From the NCBI GenBank assembly GCA_038087875.1, contig JAXLNO010000051.1:186001-250000 (forward strand): a DNA stretch of 64,000 nt, in the 5' to 3' direction. Source of the stretch: Malacoraja senta (lineage: Eukaryota). Under the pieces are notes generated by a model. That model was not told the origin of the DNA. It searched no databases and was given only the letters and a program-made list of their open reading frames with translations. Of the stretch, positions 52,853-64,000 are shown piece after piece (positions within the stretch are counted from its first letter, which is position 1; each line of letters opens with the position of its first letter). Position numbers and translations under genes: made by a program.

Positions 52853-55800
52853 TCTGTTTAACTTTTAGGACTGGTTAATATGGCGGAATTTTCCTGACAG
52901 TTAGCAAGCTTATCTGTCTGGAATGTGTACTGTCTATATTTCACCTTGAATGAAAAGCTTAAAGATAAACAAAAGACGTTGAAGACACAGAATTAATGAG
53001 GGAATGTATAATGGACATGGAACAACATGGGATATAAAATCTGCTGAGTTAAGAAGATTTTTAATTATTATACTCCAATTATAAATAATTAACGACTTTA
53101 ACAAATTTAACAATACTAATTATTTGTGAATGTATGTAGTAAATATGAATAAATCATGAGACGGGGAAGGAGATAATGGGAGTGTATATAATTATGATTT
53201 AAGTCACTAAAACGTCTATAACACCACTAACATACCTTTTTTGTTGTTGTGTGGGTAGGAGTTAGTTGCAGCATATAACTGGAATAGATCCTGTAGTGAG
53301 GTTTTGTTTAACTCCTTGGTACCTGTTTATATGTGTAAGAATTCTGGGTGGATGTACATGGTAAAGCTCAGACTAGATTAAGGTTAGATAAATTGGAAGG
53401 GCATATATACTTATAAAATTGAACTTAGGTTGTGTTTTATATTATTTTTTCTTTTCTTTTTTTATGTCTCCCTTTGATTTTTTTTGTTAATTTTTTTCGG
53501 TTTTTATTGGGGCTGGTTTGATAAATTTATATAAGCAAAGATAAAATATGTAACGGTCTGTAGCTTTTTATGAGGATCTATTAAGGAGTTGGAGCTCAAT
53601 GTATAACAACATCAACGGAAGTCTATACATTTTTCGCCACCTTAGGTGGCCATTCGTCTTTAAGATCTTTTCTTAGATATCTTAAGAGCACTTTTTTTTC
53701 ACTATAAAGACTTTTATTCGCTCACTTTTTTTGTAATCAATTTTATATCACATCTTTATTTTCTTTTCCAAAGGCACTACACAAGAATGAGATGCTATAT
53801 AAATCTAAACATTTGGCATGACCACCCAACACCCAGAACTCTGAGGTATTTGGTTGCACCATATGATTCAGGAATACTATTTTGATATATAATGCAAGAC
53901 GATAGACAAATAAAGAATGGAGGAATTACATTCTGTAGTTGGAATATAAGGGGTGCGAATGAACCAATTAAGAGGGATAAAAATTTTGCTCAACTAAAAT
54001 CTATTAACAGCGACATAATGTTTTTACAGGAAACTCACATGAAACAACAAACACAAATGAGATTAAAGGCGAAGTGGATAGGTCAAACATATTATTCGTC
54101 ATTTACTTCTAAATCTAGAGGTACGGCTATTCTTATCCGAAAAGGTATACCTTTTAAATTAAAGAATACTATATCAGATAAAGAGGGAAGGCATATTATA
54201 GTTTCGGGAGAAATTTATGCAACCCCACTAACTATGATAAATATTTACGCTCCGTACTTTGACAACCCCAAATTTTTTGATAAAATTATAGATATATCAG
54301 AGTTTCATTATCAGAATGTGATAAAAGGAGGGGACTTCAATTATGTTTTAGATCCGTATCTAGACAAATCAGTAAAACAAAAGAGGAGTAATTTAAAATC
54401 TAAGACTAGTGAACTTTTAAATACATATATTAAAAATACTAATGTAATAGATGTATGGAGATCTGCTAATCCAGCTGGAAGGGAATACTCGTTTTACTCT
54501 TCGGTACATAAAACCTATTCAAGAATTGATTATTTTTTAGTGGATATGAAATTAATGCCATATACAATTAATCCAACGTACCACATTAGTAGTATTTCTG
54601 ATCACTCTCCACTGACATTTTCAGTAAAATTCGAGGGAATGCTGGGTAAAACAAAGTTTGGGAGGTTTAATACACATATTTTAAATGACATACAAGGTTA
54701 TCAATATTTAAAACAACAAATGAAACTTTTTTTTGATACAAATGATATGCCAGGTAGCTCGCCTTCTTTATTATGGGAAACTTTTAAGGCATTTATTAGA
54801 GGAATTATAATGTCATACGAATTTTTTCAAAATAAAAAGAATAAGACAGAACAAATGTTGCTAGAACAAGAAAATAGACAGTTAGAGTTAGATAATGCTA
54901 AAGACTCCACTATAGATAAACATAATAAGATAATATTACTGAAATTTAAACTTAATCGAATTCTATCGGCAAGAGTAATAAGATTATTCCAAATTACAAA
55001 ACAGGAACATTTTGAGTTTGGTGACAAACCACATAAGCTTTTAGCTCGTCAACTGAAAAACAAGAAAAATAAAATACTATAAATAAAATTAAATCAGAGA
55101 AAGGTGAATTACTAATACTACCTAAAGATATTAATAAAAGGTTTGCTCAATTTTATCAAAATTTATATACACCAAAAACTAAAATAGAAGATAGTAAAAT
55201 CAAGAATTTCTTAGATAATTGTAATCTTCCAAAACTTGACCTTTTGGAACAAGAGGAACTTGGAGCTTCAATTACAATCGAAGAAATAGGTGAAACAATA
55301 AAATCGTTGACAAATGGTAAGACACCGGGACCAGACGGTTTTAGTAATGAATTTTATTTTAAAAATCATGACATAACGACTCGTAATTTATTTAATTTAT
55401 ATACTCACGCTTTTAAAGATAATAAACTACCTGAAAGATTAGCAGAATCAACTATTACGCTTATTCCAAAAAAAGATAACGATTTAGAGGATCCGGGCTC
55501 ATATAGCGCTATATCACTTTTAAATACAGACCAGAAAATTCTAGCAAAGACTTTAGTAAGAAGACTAAGCAAATATATTAGTACATTGATAAACCCTGAT
55601 CAAACGGGGTTATACCCAAAATATATTCATTTAATAATTTGCGACGCCTGTTTAATATAATGTACTCAGATAAAGTGGAGGAAGAAGATATATCAATTAT
55701 TTCTCTGGATGCAGAGAAAGCATTTGATCAGGTAGAATTTCAGTATTTATACAAAGTATTGCAAAAAATTAATATGGGAGAGAATTTTATTACATGGGTA

Positions 55801-57009
55801 AAATTATTATATGATAAACCGATGGCAAGAATATTAACTAATAATATGTTATCTCAAAAATTTCAATTATCAAGGGGTAATAGGCATTATCACCCCTGCT
55901 ATTTGCCCTTATGATAGAGCCTTTGGCTGAAAGTATAAGAAGTCATCCGAATATTCAGGGTTATAATACTAGGGACTCAAATAATAACATTTCATTATAT
56001 GCAGACGATATTCTTTTATATATTACAAAATCACAAACGAGCATACCAAATTTATTAAACTTAATAGAGGAATTTGGCTCCTTTTCTGGATATAGAATAA
56101 ATTGGAATAAAAGTGAAATCATGACGTTAAAACCTCAAGAATCCACACTTACTGAAGTTCCCCTTTAAAACAGCAACAGAAAAAATTAAATATTTGGGTA
56201 ATCAGATTACTGGAAAATATAAAGCATTATTCAATGCTAATTTTATACCTTTATTAAACAAATGTTATACCTTTATTAAATATACTGATTACATTTTGGA
56301 AAACACTTCCTTTCTCATTAATAGGTAGAATAAATGCTATACAAATGATCTTTCTACCACAACTATTATACCTATTTCAGTCTATACCAGTATATATACC
56401 AAAATACTTTAAACAAAATTAGACTTTATTATTACTAATTTTATTTGGGATTATAAATCACATAGAATTTAAAAAAAAACTTATTTAAACCAAAAGATGT
56501 CGGGGGACTTTCACTCCAGAATTTTCTGTATTATTATTCGGCAGTGCATATTAAGAATATAATTTACTGGTTGGACAGTTCTACCAACAGACAGAATGGA
56601 TAAAAATGGAGAAAGAGGATTGTTTTCCTTGTAATATAGGAACGATCCTCTTCTCCCCGAAAAAACTGAACAATACAATATATAAGAAGAACCCAATTAT
56701 ACATGATACAATAAGAATATGGAAACAAATAAAATTATCCTTAAAATTAAGAAATTTATCATTGTTAATACCAATAGCGAATAATAGTAAGATTAAACGA
56801 GAACTTACCAGTTTGAAGTTTGATCTGTATTTTATGAGGAGTTACGATGAGGGATTACGTGAAGAACCCGCTCAGTGCGCAGGCGCGGCATACTTCCAAG
56901 CAGCGGTGTGGAATCACAGATAGACACAGGTATTTGAAGTAAACATAGTAAAGAAAAGGAGACATCAATTTATTAGTTTGATCCATATAATGAGGGTGGG
57001 AGCGGAGGG

Positions 57010-57122
57010 CACGTAATCCCTCATCGTAACTCCTCATAAAATACAGATCAAACTTCAAACTGGTAAGTTCTCGTTTAATCTTACTATTTTACTTCGGAGT
57101 CACGTGAGTGACTTCGTGAAGA
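57010..57122. other. DIRS internal complementary region (ICR)
   Basis: 57010-57085 is the exact reverse complement of 56786-56861. 57086-57122 is the exact reverse complement of 61463-61499. Confidence 0.93.
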
Positions 57123-57329
57123 TTTCAAAGCTCTGTGATTTCAAACCGTGTAACAGTTTTATTTCACTCACTGCCGAAAGTTCTTGAGGGAGGAAGTGTT
57201 ATCGTAATCACCCAATGAATCTGTTTCTCAAGAAACAAAAAAGGTATTTATTAACAATAACAAAATTAAAGTGCTTCCCCGGGCTTAACTTAAATATTTG
57301 CAGCTTGTAATATTTTCTCTGCAAATAAA

Positions 57330-58220
57330 TCAGGTTTCATCAACGGCTTATTATAAAAGTTCTGAATGTCGTTTCCCTCGACCATCCTGCTGTATTCAGA
57401 ATATGGTCAACCGGTACGTCCATTCTGTCAGCCGTTGATGTAGATGCTGCCCTAGTGGAATGAGATTTAAATGTATTAGTATCTATTCCGGCAGCCTTCA
57501 GTACCTGTTTGAGCCATCTTGAAATGGTTTGGCTCGTTACCCGGCCATGAGGTTACTTGTGGCTGACCCATAAGGCTTTTTCACTCCCTCTTATATTGTG
57601 GGTTGTGTCTATGTAATGTTGTAGATGGGTCACGACACACAACCGTGGCTTTTGTGGGTAGGCCCGGAATACCACCAGTGGATTAGCTGTTCCTGGCCTG
57701 CTTTGCTTCACCAGACCCTGTATGATGAATGTGATCTGATCTGGGGTGGTCACCATGTTGTCCAGCCTCAACTTGTGTAGTGACTGGACCCTCTGAGCGG
57801 ATACAAGTGCCATCAACATGAGCGTCTTTAGTGTAGATTGCTCGAGGCTGAGGGATCTGGCTGGTGGCCATACCCTGAGGTATGTCAGGACCACACTGAT
57901 ATCCCAAATATGGGTATACCTGGGTTTAGGGGCTTGATATCATAAATGCCCTTCATCAGTTTTACCACCAGTGGATGGGATCCCATTGCCTGTTGTCCTG
58001 CTGGTTTGAGATAAGCAGAAAGAGCACTTCGCTCTGTGTTGATGGCACTGTAACTGATCCCTTCATCATGGTGTAGATGGGCCAGGAATTCCAGTACATT
58101 GGTGGCTGTGGCTGTTGCATACGTTGTCCCTGTTTCCTGGCAGTACTTCTCCCATTTTCTTATGCTGATTCAGTACTGCCTCTTGGTGGATGTTCAAAGG
58201 GATGCCGACATGGTGGTGAT
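57330..58220 (-). pseudogene. DIRS tyrosine recombinase, disrupted
   Basis: ORF 57553-57894 LMALVSAQRVQSL..LCVV; downstream FKSHSTRAAST and AGWS..TF..FYNKP after a stop. Confidence 0.85.
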
Positions 58221-58258
58221 GGTTCGTTCGGACAATCCCTGTTCCAGGTAAGATCTAT

Positions 58259-59161
58259 TCAAAGCCTGCAACCCAGGAGTTTAATTTTCTCATGGCATGG
58301 GTGGCTTATGCCTGATACTGGGTGAGTTAATAATCCTGGATCACTGGGAAAGACCATTGGTGACTCAACCACCATGTCATGTAGAACCGGGAACCATGGC
58401 TGTGTAGGCAAGTCGGGCACCATCAAAATTCCAGAAGCAGAGTCCATCTGTATTTTGCGAAGTACCCGACTGATGAGGCAGAAGGGAGGGAAAGCATAGA
58501 AGAAGACATTTCCCCAATCCAGCGTGATGGCATGTATCGCTGCTGCCTCTGGGTCTGGTTCCCAAGCGACATATATAGGTAACTGGTGATTTCGTCTTGA
58601 TGCAAATACATCGATATCTGGCGTTCCATACTGCTTAATAACTTTAGCAAATACTTTAGGGTTGAACATCCATTCGATGTTATCATTGAATTTGCGTGAC
58701 CTGGTGTCTGCCACTGTGTTTAGCTTACCTGGTAGATAAGTAGCTGATAGCCAAATATGTCTTTCGACACACCATAGCCAAATCACATTGACCAATTTGT
58801 CGCATGATAATGATTTTATGCCGCCCATATGGTTAATATAAGCCACCACCGTAGTATTATCAATCTGTAACCGAACATGCAAGTGCTGCATATTAGCTAC
58901 ATATGCTTTTAACCCATAAAAGGCGCCCAACATCTCTAGATAGTTAATGCCCAGTGTCAGTAGTAATGATGACTCTAGGTTAGTCCATCTACCACCTGTG
59001 CTGGATATGGAGTAAGTTGCTCCCCAGCCTTGAGCACTGGCATCTGTTTGAAGAACTAAAGTAAGGTTAGTGATGATGATAGAGCTGAAACTATGCCAAA
59101 CATTTTCTGCCCACCACTGTAGCTGATATTGCCTCAGTGGGTAATTACATGACACGAACAT
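58259..59161 (-). pseudogene. DIRS RNase H plus methyltransferase-like domain fragment
   Basis: QTDASAQGWG, INYLEMLG, QIDNTT, YLPGKLNTVAD, DVFASRRN, YAFPPF. Confidence 0.85.
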
Positions 59162-62100
59162 CGTGACCTATATGTCGTTTTAGTGCCTGTACCTTTGCTG
59201 TTTGTAAATTTTGATAGTGCAAAGGTCCGCATTGTGTAGCTGGAAATGCTGCTACCATTTTCCCAATCACTCTTGGGACTTGTCGAATAGTTGGTCCTTT
59301 GTTGACCATTAAATAGTTGCATGATTGTGCTAATGCAACCATTTTTATTTTTATTTTTTATTTTTATTTTCCTTTTGGCAAGGTAACAGTCATATGGACT
59401 GAGTTAATTGTGAAGCCCAGGTAGTCCATAATAGTGGATGGCTTCAACTTAGATTTATCTGGATGTAGGATGAACCCCAGAGTTTCGAGGAGCTATTTTG
59501 TAGCTGATACTGCTGCCACAGCCAATTCCATAGTTTTCCCTACTATCTGAATATCATCCAGGTATGCCATGACAATATGTTTCTTAGTCTTGCCATGGCT
59601 ATTTTCAATATTTTGATGAATAATCTTGGGGCTGAGGTTAGCCCATTGGGCAATGCGTTGTACTGCCTCAGCTGCCCCAACCAGATAAATTGTAGGTATC
59701 TGCAATGATCCTTGTGTATGGGTATTAGATAGTAAGCATCTTTCAGATCAATGCTTGCCATGAAGTATCCTTTGGAAATCAGTTGTTTGGCAGTAACAAC
59801 TGTCTCCATTTTGAAATGTATATAATCAACAAACTTATTTAGTGATGTTAAGGCAATGATGATGCGACATCCACCATCTTTTTTGGTTTTATTTGATACA
59901 AATTCCAAAGGTTCATGTTTGGTCTTTTGGATGACCTCTCCACTAATGCTGTTGAGTATATACTTATCACACGTGACAGTAACCCATGCTTCTTTAAACC
60001 AGTGTAAGCTCCCCTCTGTTAGTAAAGCACCCTTATTCTCTATATGCTGGCAGGAACCAGACCCACCTACCTCCATGTTCAGTGGTGTTTCTTTTGTTTC
60101 CTGATGTTTTTGTAGGTTTTGCTTGTCTGACGTGCTGGCGATGTTGGGGGGTGGCGCATTTTCCATGGGGTCCGCTGTGGGCCCTGATCTAAAAAGATCT
60201 TTTGGGGATAAAATGCGGTCCCCGAGCTTTCACCAGTCCCATATTGAGGACGTCGACTGGTGGATGCCATGGGGTGCTGCCGCTTGGGTATTGTAGCTCT
60301 TGGTTTGCTCGTCCCAGGGCCTGCCCTCATGAGGCCGAAAGATGTCGCTGCTTCCTCCATGTTCCTCAGTTTTTTGTTGAGGTCTTTCCCAAATAACAGA
60401 GCATCCGTCTCTGCAGCTGGGGCTCTGCACAACCCCGCAACTTTGGGATTGAGGGCAGGTCTTATGTTTCCCCGCCGGAGATTGTGTATTGCACATCAGT
60501 GCCAGCACATCCTGCTGGCAAGTATCCATCTCCGTACTTTGCACAGAACGAGCAAAGGCTGTAATGGCCGACGTCCGGAGCCTTAGGATCCGCTGTAGCT
60601 TGATTTCATGGTTACACATGTTTGACCCCACGTGACCCCAGATCTGGCTGTTCACAGTCTTCACTCTGAGGGCCTCACAGTTCTCTGGTGCTGTATAAAA
60701 TTCAAGCACCTCAAGAAGTACCTTCTCCTGCAAGGGCTTATTTGACAGATGATTGATGCTGGCCGCCATGTTTGGTTCCAGCGGTCTTCCAGCACGTGGG
60801 GTTGCTACATAGCGGTCCACCACACCCAGCAGCTCTTCCTGCTCCTGCACCCCTTGCATACTGCCGAATTCTTCCGCCAGCCCCTTTCCAGACCAGCCCA
60901 ACCCTGGTCACCAATGCTAGCCTCCAGTAATGAGGGAGCAGAGGGCAGTGCACAAGACACTGTGGAGGAGGTGCCTGACCTACCTCCTGCGAGAACGCTC
61001 CTTCTGCGTAGCTCGCTGGAGCATCTGCTCCAAGAGCTGTTATAAGCTCTGGCGGCTGTCTCTCCTCCGTGTAGGTGGAGACATGTCCCCATCTGACAAA
61101 TTAGACATTACCGGCCGGTTGCTCTCATGGCTTTGCTCCCTGTCCGCTGTGCAGGCATTAGCGGGACTGGGCTCGGCTCGGTGTCGGGGATAGCGGAGCG
61201 CTCTATGAGCGGTCCTGCCGCCTGTTGCTGCCCCCCTGAGATTGAACGCTCCTCTGGTGGAGTTGAGCAGGGGCAGTTCTGTTGGAGAGTCTTCTGGTGA
61301 GTGTACTTATTTGGTAAGAACACCCACCCTCTCTTTCTCTGTTAGACTTAGTTGAATATACTCACCCAACGGTCCGTTTCAAAATGCAGCCGGAGCGCCT
61401 TCCTCCAGCTGCCGCCGCTGTTGCACTGCTGGCGTAATGCCGCGCCTGCGCACTGAGCGGGTTCTTCACGAAGTCACTCACGTGACTCCGAAGTAAAATC
61501 CTTTATTTAAACCATCTGTTATTGACAAAACATATAATCAATGGGAAAGTTTAGGAATTAAAAGGATCGGGGATATGTATGAAATGGGAAATGTATTATC
61601 ATTTCAACAATTACAATCAGATTTGCCATTTCACGAAGAAATACATACAAGGATATCAAAAAATAACTCCTGATTTATTGGAAGAAGCAATGAATATTAA
61701 AGCTGACGCACAAAAATTAATATCATATTTATATAATAGTATTTTAAGTATAGACCTACCATCGACAGAGGTACTTAGGGAAGAGTGGGAACGGGAATTA
61801 ATGATAAAAATTACGAAGGTTACATAGGAAAAGTATTTGATATACATTCACAAATGTTCGATTAATGGAAGACATAATCTAATTCAATTTAAAATTTTAC
61901 ATAGATTATATTATTCAAAAAGAAGATTAAATAAATTCTATCCAAATATATCCCCCATTTGCGATAAGTGTTTAACCCAAAACGCAACTATAACACACTC
62001 TTTTGTTTCCTGCATAAAACCTTATAGATTCTGGAGTGATATTTTCGAGATATTTACAAAATTATTTAAGATAAAAATGGAACCTAATAATGAATTGACT

Positions 62101-62684
62101 ATATTTGGGGTAATGAAAGATGGGAATAAATTGAATTCATCTCAAAATTTATTTTTTAATTATGGTTTAATAATAGCAAAAAAATTAATACTTAAATTTT
62201 GTAAAAATACAGGAATACCAACGCTCAAAATGTGGATTGCAAGTATGTTGGACACCGCACATCTTGAGGAAATGCGATTCCTCCTAATAGATAAATCTGA
62301 CCAATTCATAACGAGTTGGTCTCCATTTGACGTCTTTTTGGAATCATATGGTGCAACACAAATGTAAAAACTAACTGTCTCGTGACTGGGCGAGGGATGA
62401 TCAAGATTATAAATAAGATCTCCTTACTTCTTTTTTCTTTTTCTTCCTTTTTTCTTTTACTCTCTTTTTCCTATTTTCTACTCTTTAACTTTCTTCTTTC
62501 ATTCTCTATTCTTCTTCTCCACACACTATATATCTCACGTTTTTCTATACTTTATTATCTAATTTCTTTTTCTTTTTCTTCTTTACTATAATAAAAAAAT
62601 AAGAAGCTGTACATAACATGTATTATGAAAATATGATTGTATACAATTGTACTTACTTCTAATAAAATTAAAATATTTAAAAAA

Positions 62685-63257
62685 TGAATGAATGAATTAG
62701 TTTATTGGTCAAGTTTTCACGTACAAGGAGTTTGCCTTGATTCTCCGCCCGTAAGTCGAAATCCAACTCGAGTTCAAGATCGAATTCGAATTCGAATTCG
62801 AGTTCGAGATAGATTTCGAGTTCGAGATAAAGTTCGAGGTCGAGTAGTTCGAATTCGAATTCGAGTTTTAGCTGGAGATAGAGTTCGAGTTCAAGATAGT
62901 TCGAGTTCAAGATAAAGTTCGAGATCGAGATCGAGTTTGATATCGAGTTCGCGTTCGAGATAGTTCGAGATAGAGTTCAAGTTCGAGAGAGAGTTCGAGA
63001 TATTTCGAGTTCGAGATAAGATTTCGAGTTCGAGATAGAGTACGAGTTCGAGTTCGAGTTTTAGTTAGAGAGAGAGAGAGATAGAGTTCGAGAGAGAGTT
63101 CGAGAGAGAGTTCGAGATAGATTTAGAGATAGATTTCGAGTTCGAGAGAGAGTTTGAGTTCGCGATAGAGTTCGAGTTCAAGATAGAGTTCGATTTCAAG
63201 TTCGAATTCGAGTTCGAGATCGAGTTCAAGATAGAGTTCGAGTTAGAGTTCGAGTTC
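62685..63257 (-). repeat. Hexamer satellite with one cassette at ~62701
   Basis: Direct reading. Confidence 0.93.
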
Positions 63258-64000
63258 AATAGACAATAGACAATAGGTGCAGGTGTAGGCCATTTGGCCC
63301 TTCGAGCCAGCACCGCCATTCAATGTGATCATGGCTGATTATCCCCAATTAGTACCCCGTCCCTGCCTTCTTCCAAAATCCCCTGACTCCGCTATTTTTA
63401 AGATCACTATCTAGCTCTCTCTTGAAAGCATCCAGAGAACCTGCCTCCACCGCCCTCTGAGGCAGAGAATTCCACAGACTCGCCACTCTCTGTGAGAAAA
63501 AACGTTTTCTCGTCTCCGTTCTAAATGGCTTACTCCTTATTCTTAAACTGTGGTCCCTGGTTCAGGACTCCCCCAACACCGGGAACACGTGTCCTGCCTC
63601 TAGTGTGTCCAAGCCCTTAACAATCTTATATGTCTCAATGAGATACCCTCTCATCCTTTCTAAACTCCAAAGTGTCCAAGCCCAGCTGCTCCATCCTGGG
63701 AATTAACCTTGTAAACCTACGCTGCACTCCCTCAATAACAAGAATGTCCTTCCTCAAATTAGGGGACCAAAACTGCACACAACATTCCAGATGTGGTCTC
63801 ACTAGGGCTCTGTACAACTGCAGAAGGACCTCTTTGCTCCTATATTCGATTCCTCTTGTTATAAAGGCCAACATGCCATTCGCTTTCTTCACTGCCTGCT
63901 GTACCTGCTTGTTTACTTTCATAGACTGGTGTACAAGGACCCCCAGATCCCGTTGTACTTCGTCTTTTCCCCACTTGACGCCATTTAGATAGCAATCTGC
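63257..64000 (-). mobile_element. CR1 (CTATTGT-tailed), running off the window end; paralog of 40879-42146
   Basis: ORF 63635-63922; same tail junction and same internal deletion (..LIPRMEQLGL) as the 40879 copy. Confidence 0.92.

Larger units (their letters stand above)
56786..61499 (-). mobile_element. DIRS1-group tyrosine-recombinase retrotransposon with ITRs and ICR; ORFs decayed
   Basis: gag-like 60079-60901; RT IDLKDAY, LPNGLTSAPR, YLDD; RNase H TDAS..INYLE..IDN; MT-like DVFAS..YAFPPF; YR RVQSL, HSTRAAS, AGWS..FYNKP. ITRs 56858-56891 / 61437-61470. Confidence 0.95.
53892..62367 (+). pseudogene. L1 ORF2 (APE-RT-Cys domain), disrupted; interrupted at 56786-61499
   Basis: SWNIRG, FLQETH, GGDFN, YSRIDYF, SDHSP, KTPGPDGF, LDAEKAFD, LYADD, CDKC..H..C. 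IANN|PLFKPS is split by the insertion. Confidence 0.92.
51590..62684 (+). mobile_element. Full-length but disrupted LINE-1 (5' UTR, ORF1, ~1-kb AT-rich spacer, ORF2, 3' UTR, A-tail) split by DIRS
   Basis: Starts GGACTTCC; ORF1 and ORF2 motifs; AATAAA at 62661 and A-rich end. Confidence 0.92.

Noticed and set aside
58259..59161. Methyltransferase-like domain as a novel restriction-modification or defence system alongside the TCGA/GAATTC-rich satellite
   Set aside because: This domain is a standard part of DIRS1 pol, and nothing in the sequence links it to the satellite.

Overview
Eukaryotic, repeat-only DNA with no recognisable host gene. The repeat families (CR1 with CATAGAAA and CTATTGT tails, Penelope-type ends, Rex1, Tx1, fish-type L1, DIRS1) suggest a cartilaginous fish such as a skate or ray; this is an inference. 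The backbone is a degenerate CpG-rich hexamer satellite, (GAGTTC/GAACTC)n. It is punctuated roughly every 0.2-1 kb by a conserved ~50-bp cassette that has a hairpin before it and AATAAA plus an (ATTC)n tail after it, resembling the 3' end of a Rex1-type LINE. The satellite changes strand at the centres of two large inverted duplications. The first (1-10791 / 11460-22425) is young and centred on a 200-N gap, so it may be an assembly or haplotype artefact. The second (about 27300-30967 / 32562-40140) is older, and its unique spacer holds a decayed class III (ERV-L/ERV-S-like) retroviral pol. Nested insertions include a Gypsy element (two mirrored copies) carrying CR1 and Penelope hammerhead remnants, several CR1s, Vingi/Ingi-like, Rex1 and Tx1 fragments, and a full-length L1 split by a DIRS1 element whose termini match its ICR exactly. 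Most ORFs in the track are satellite or microsatellite artefacts. There is no CRISPR or other prokaryotic system. Family assignments come from motif recall and were not checked by database search.
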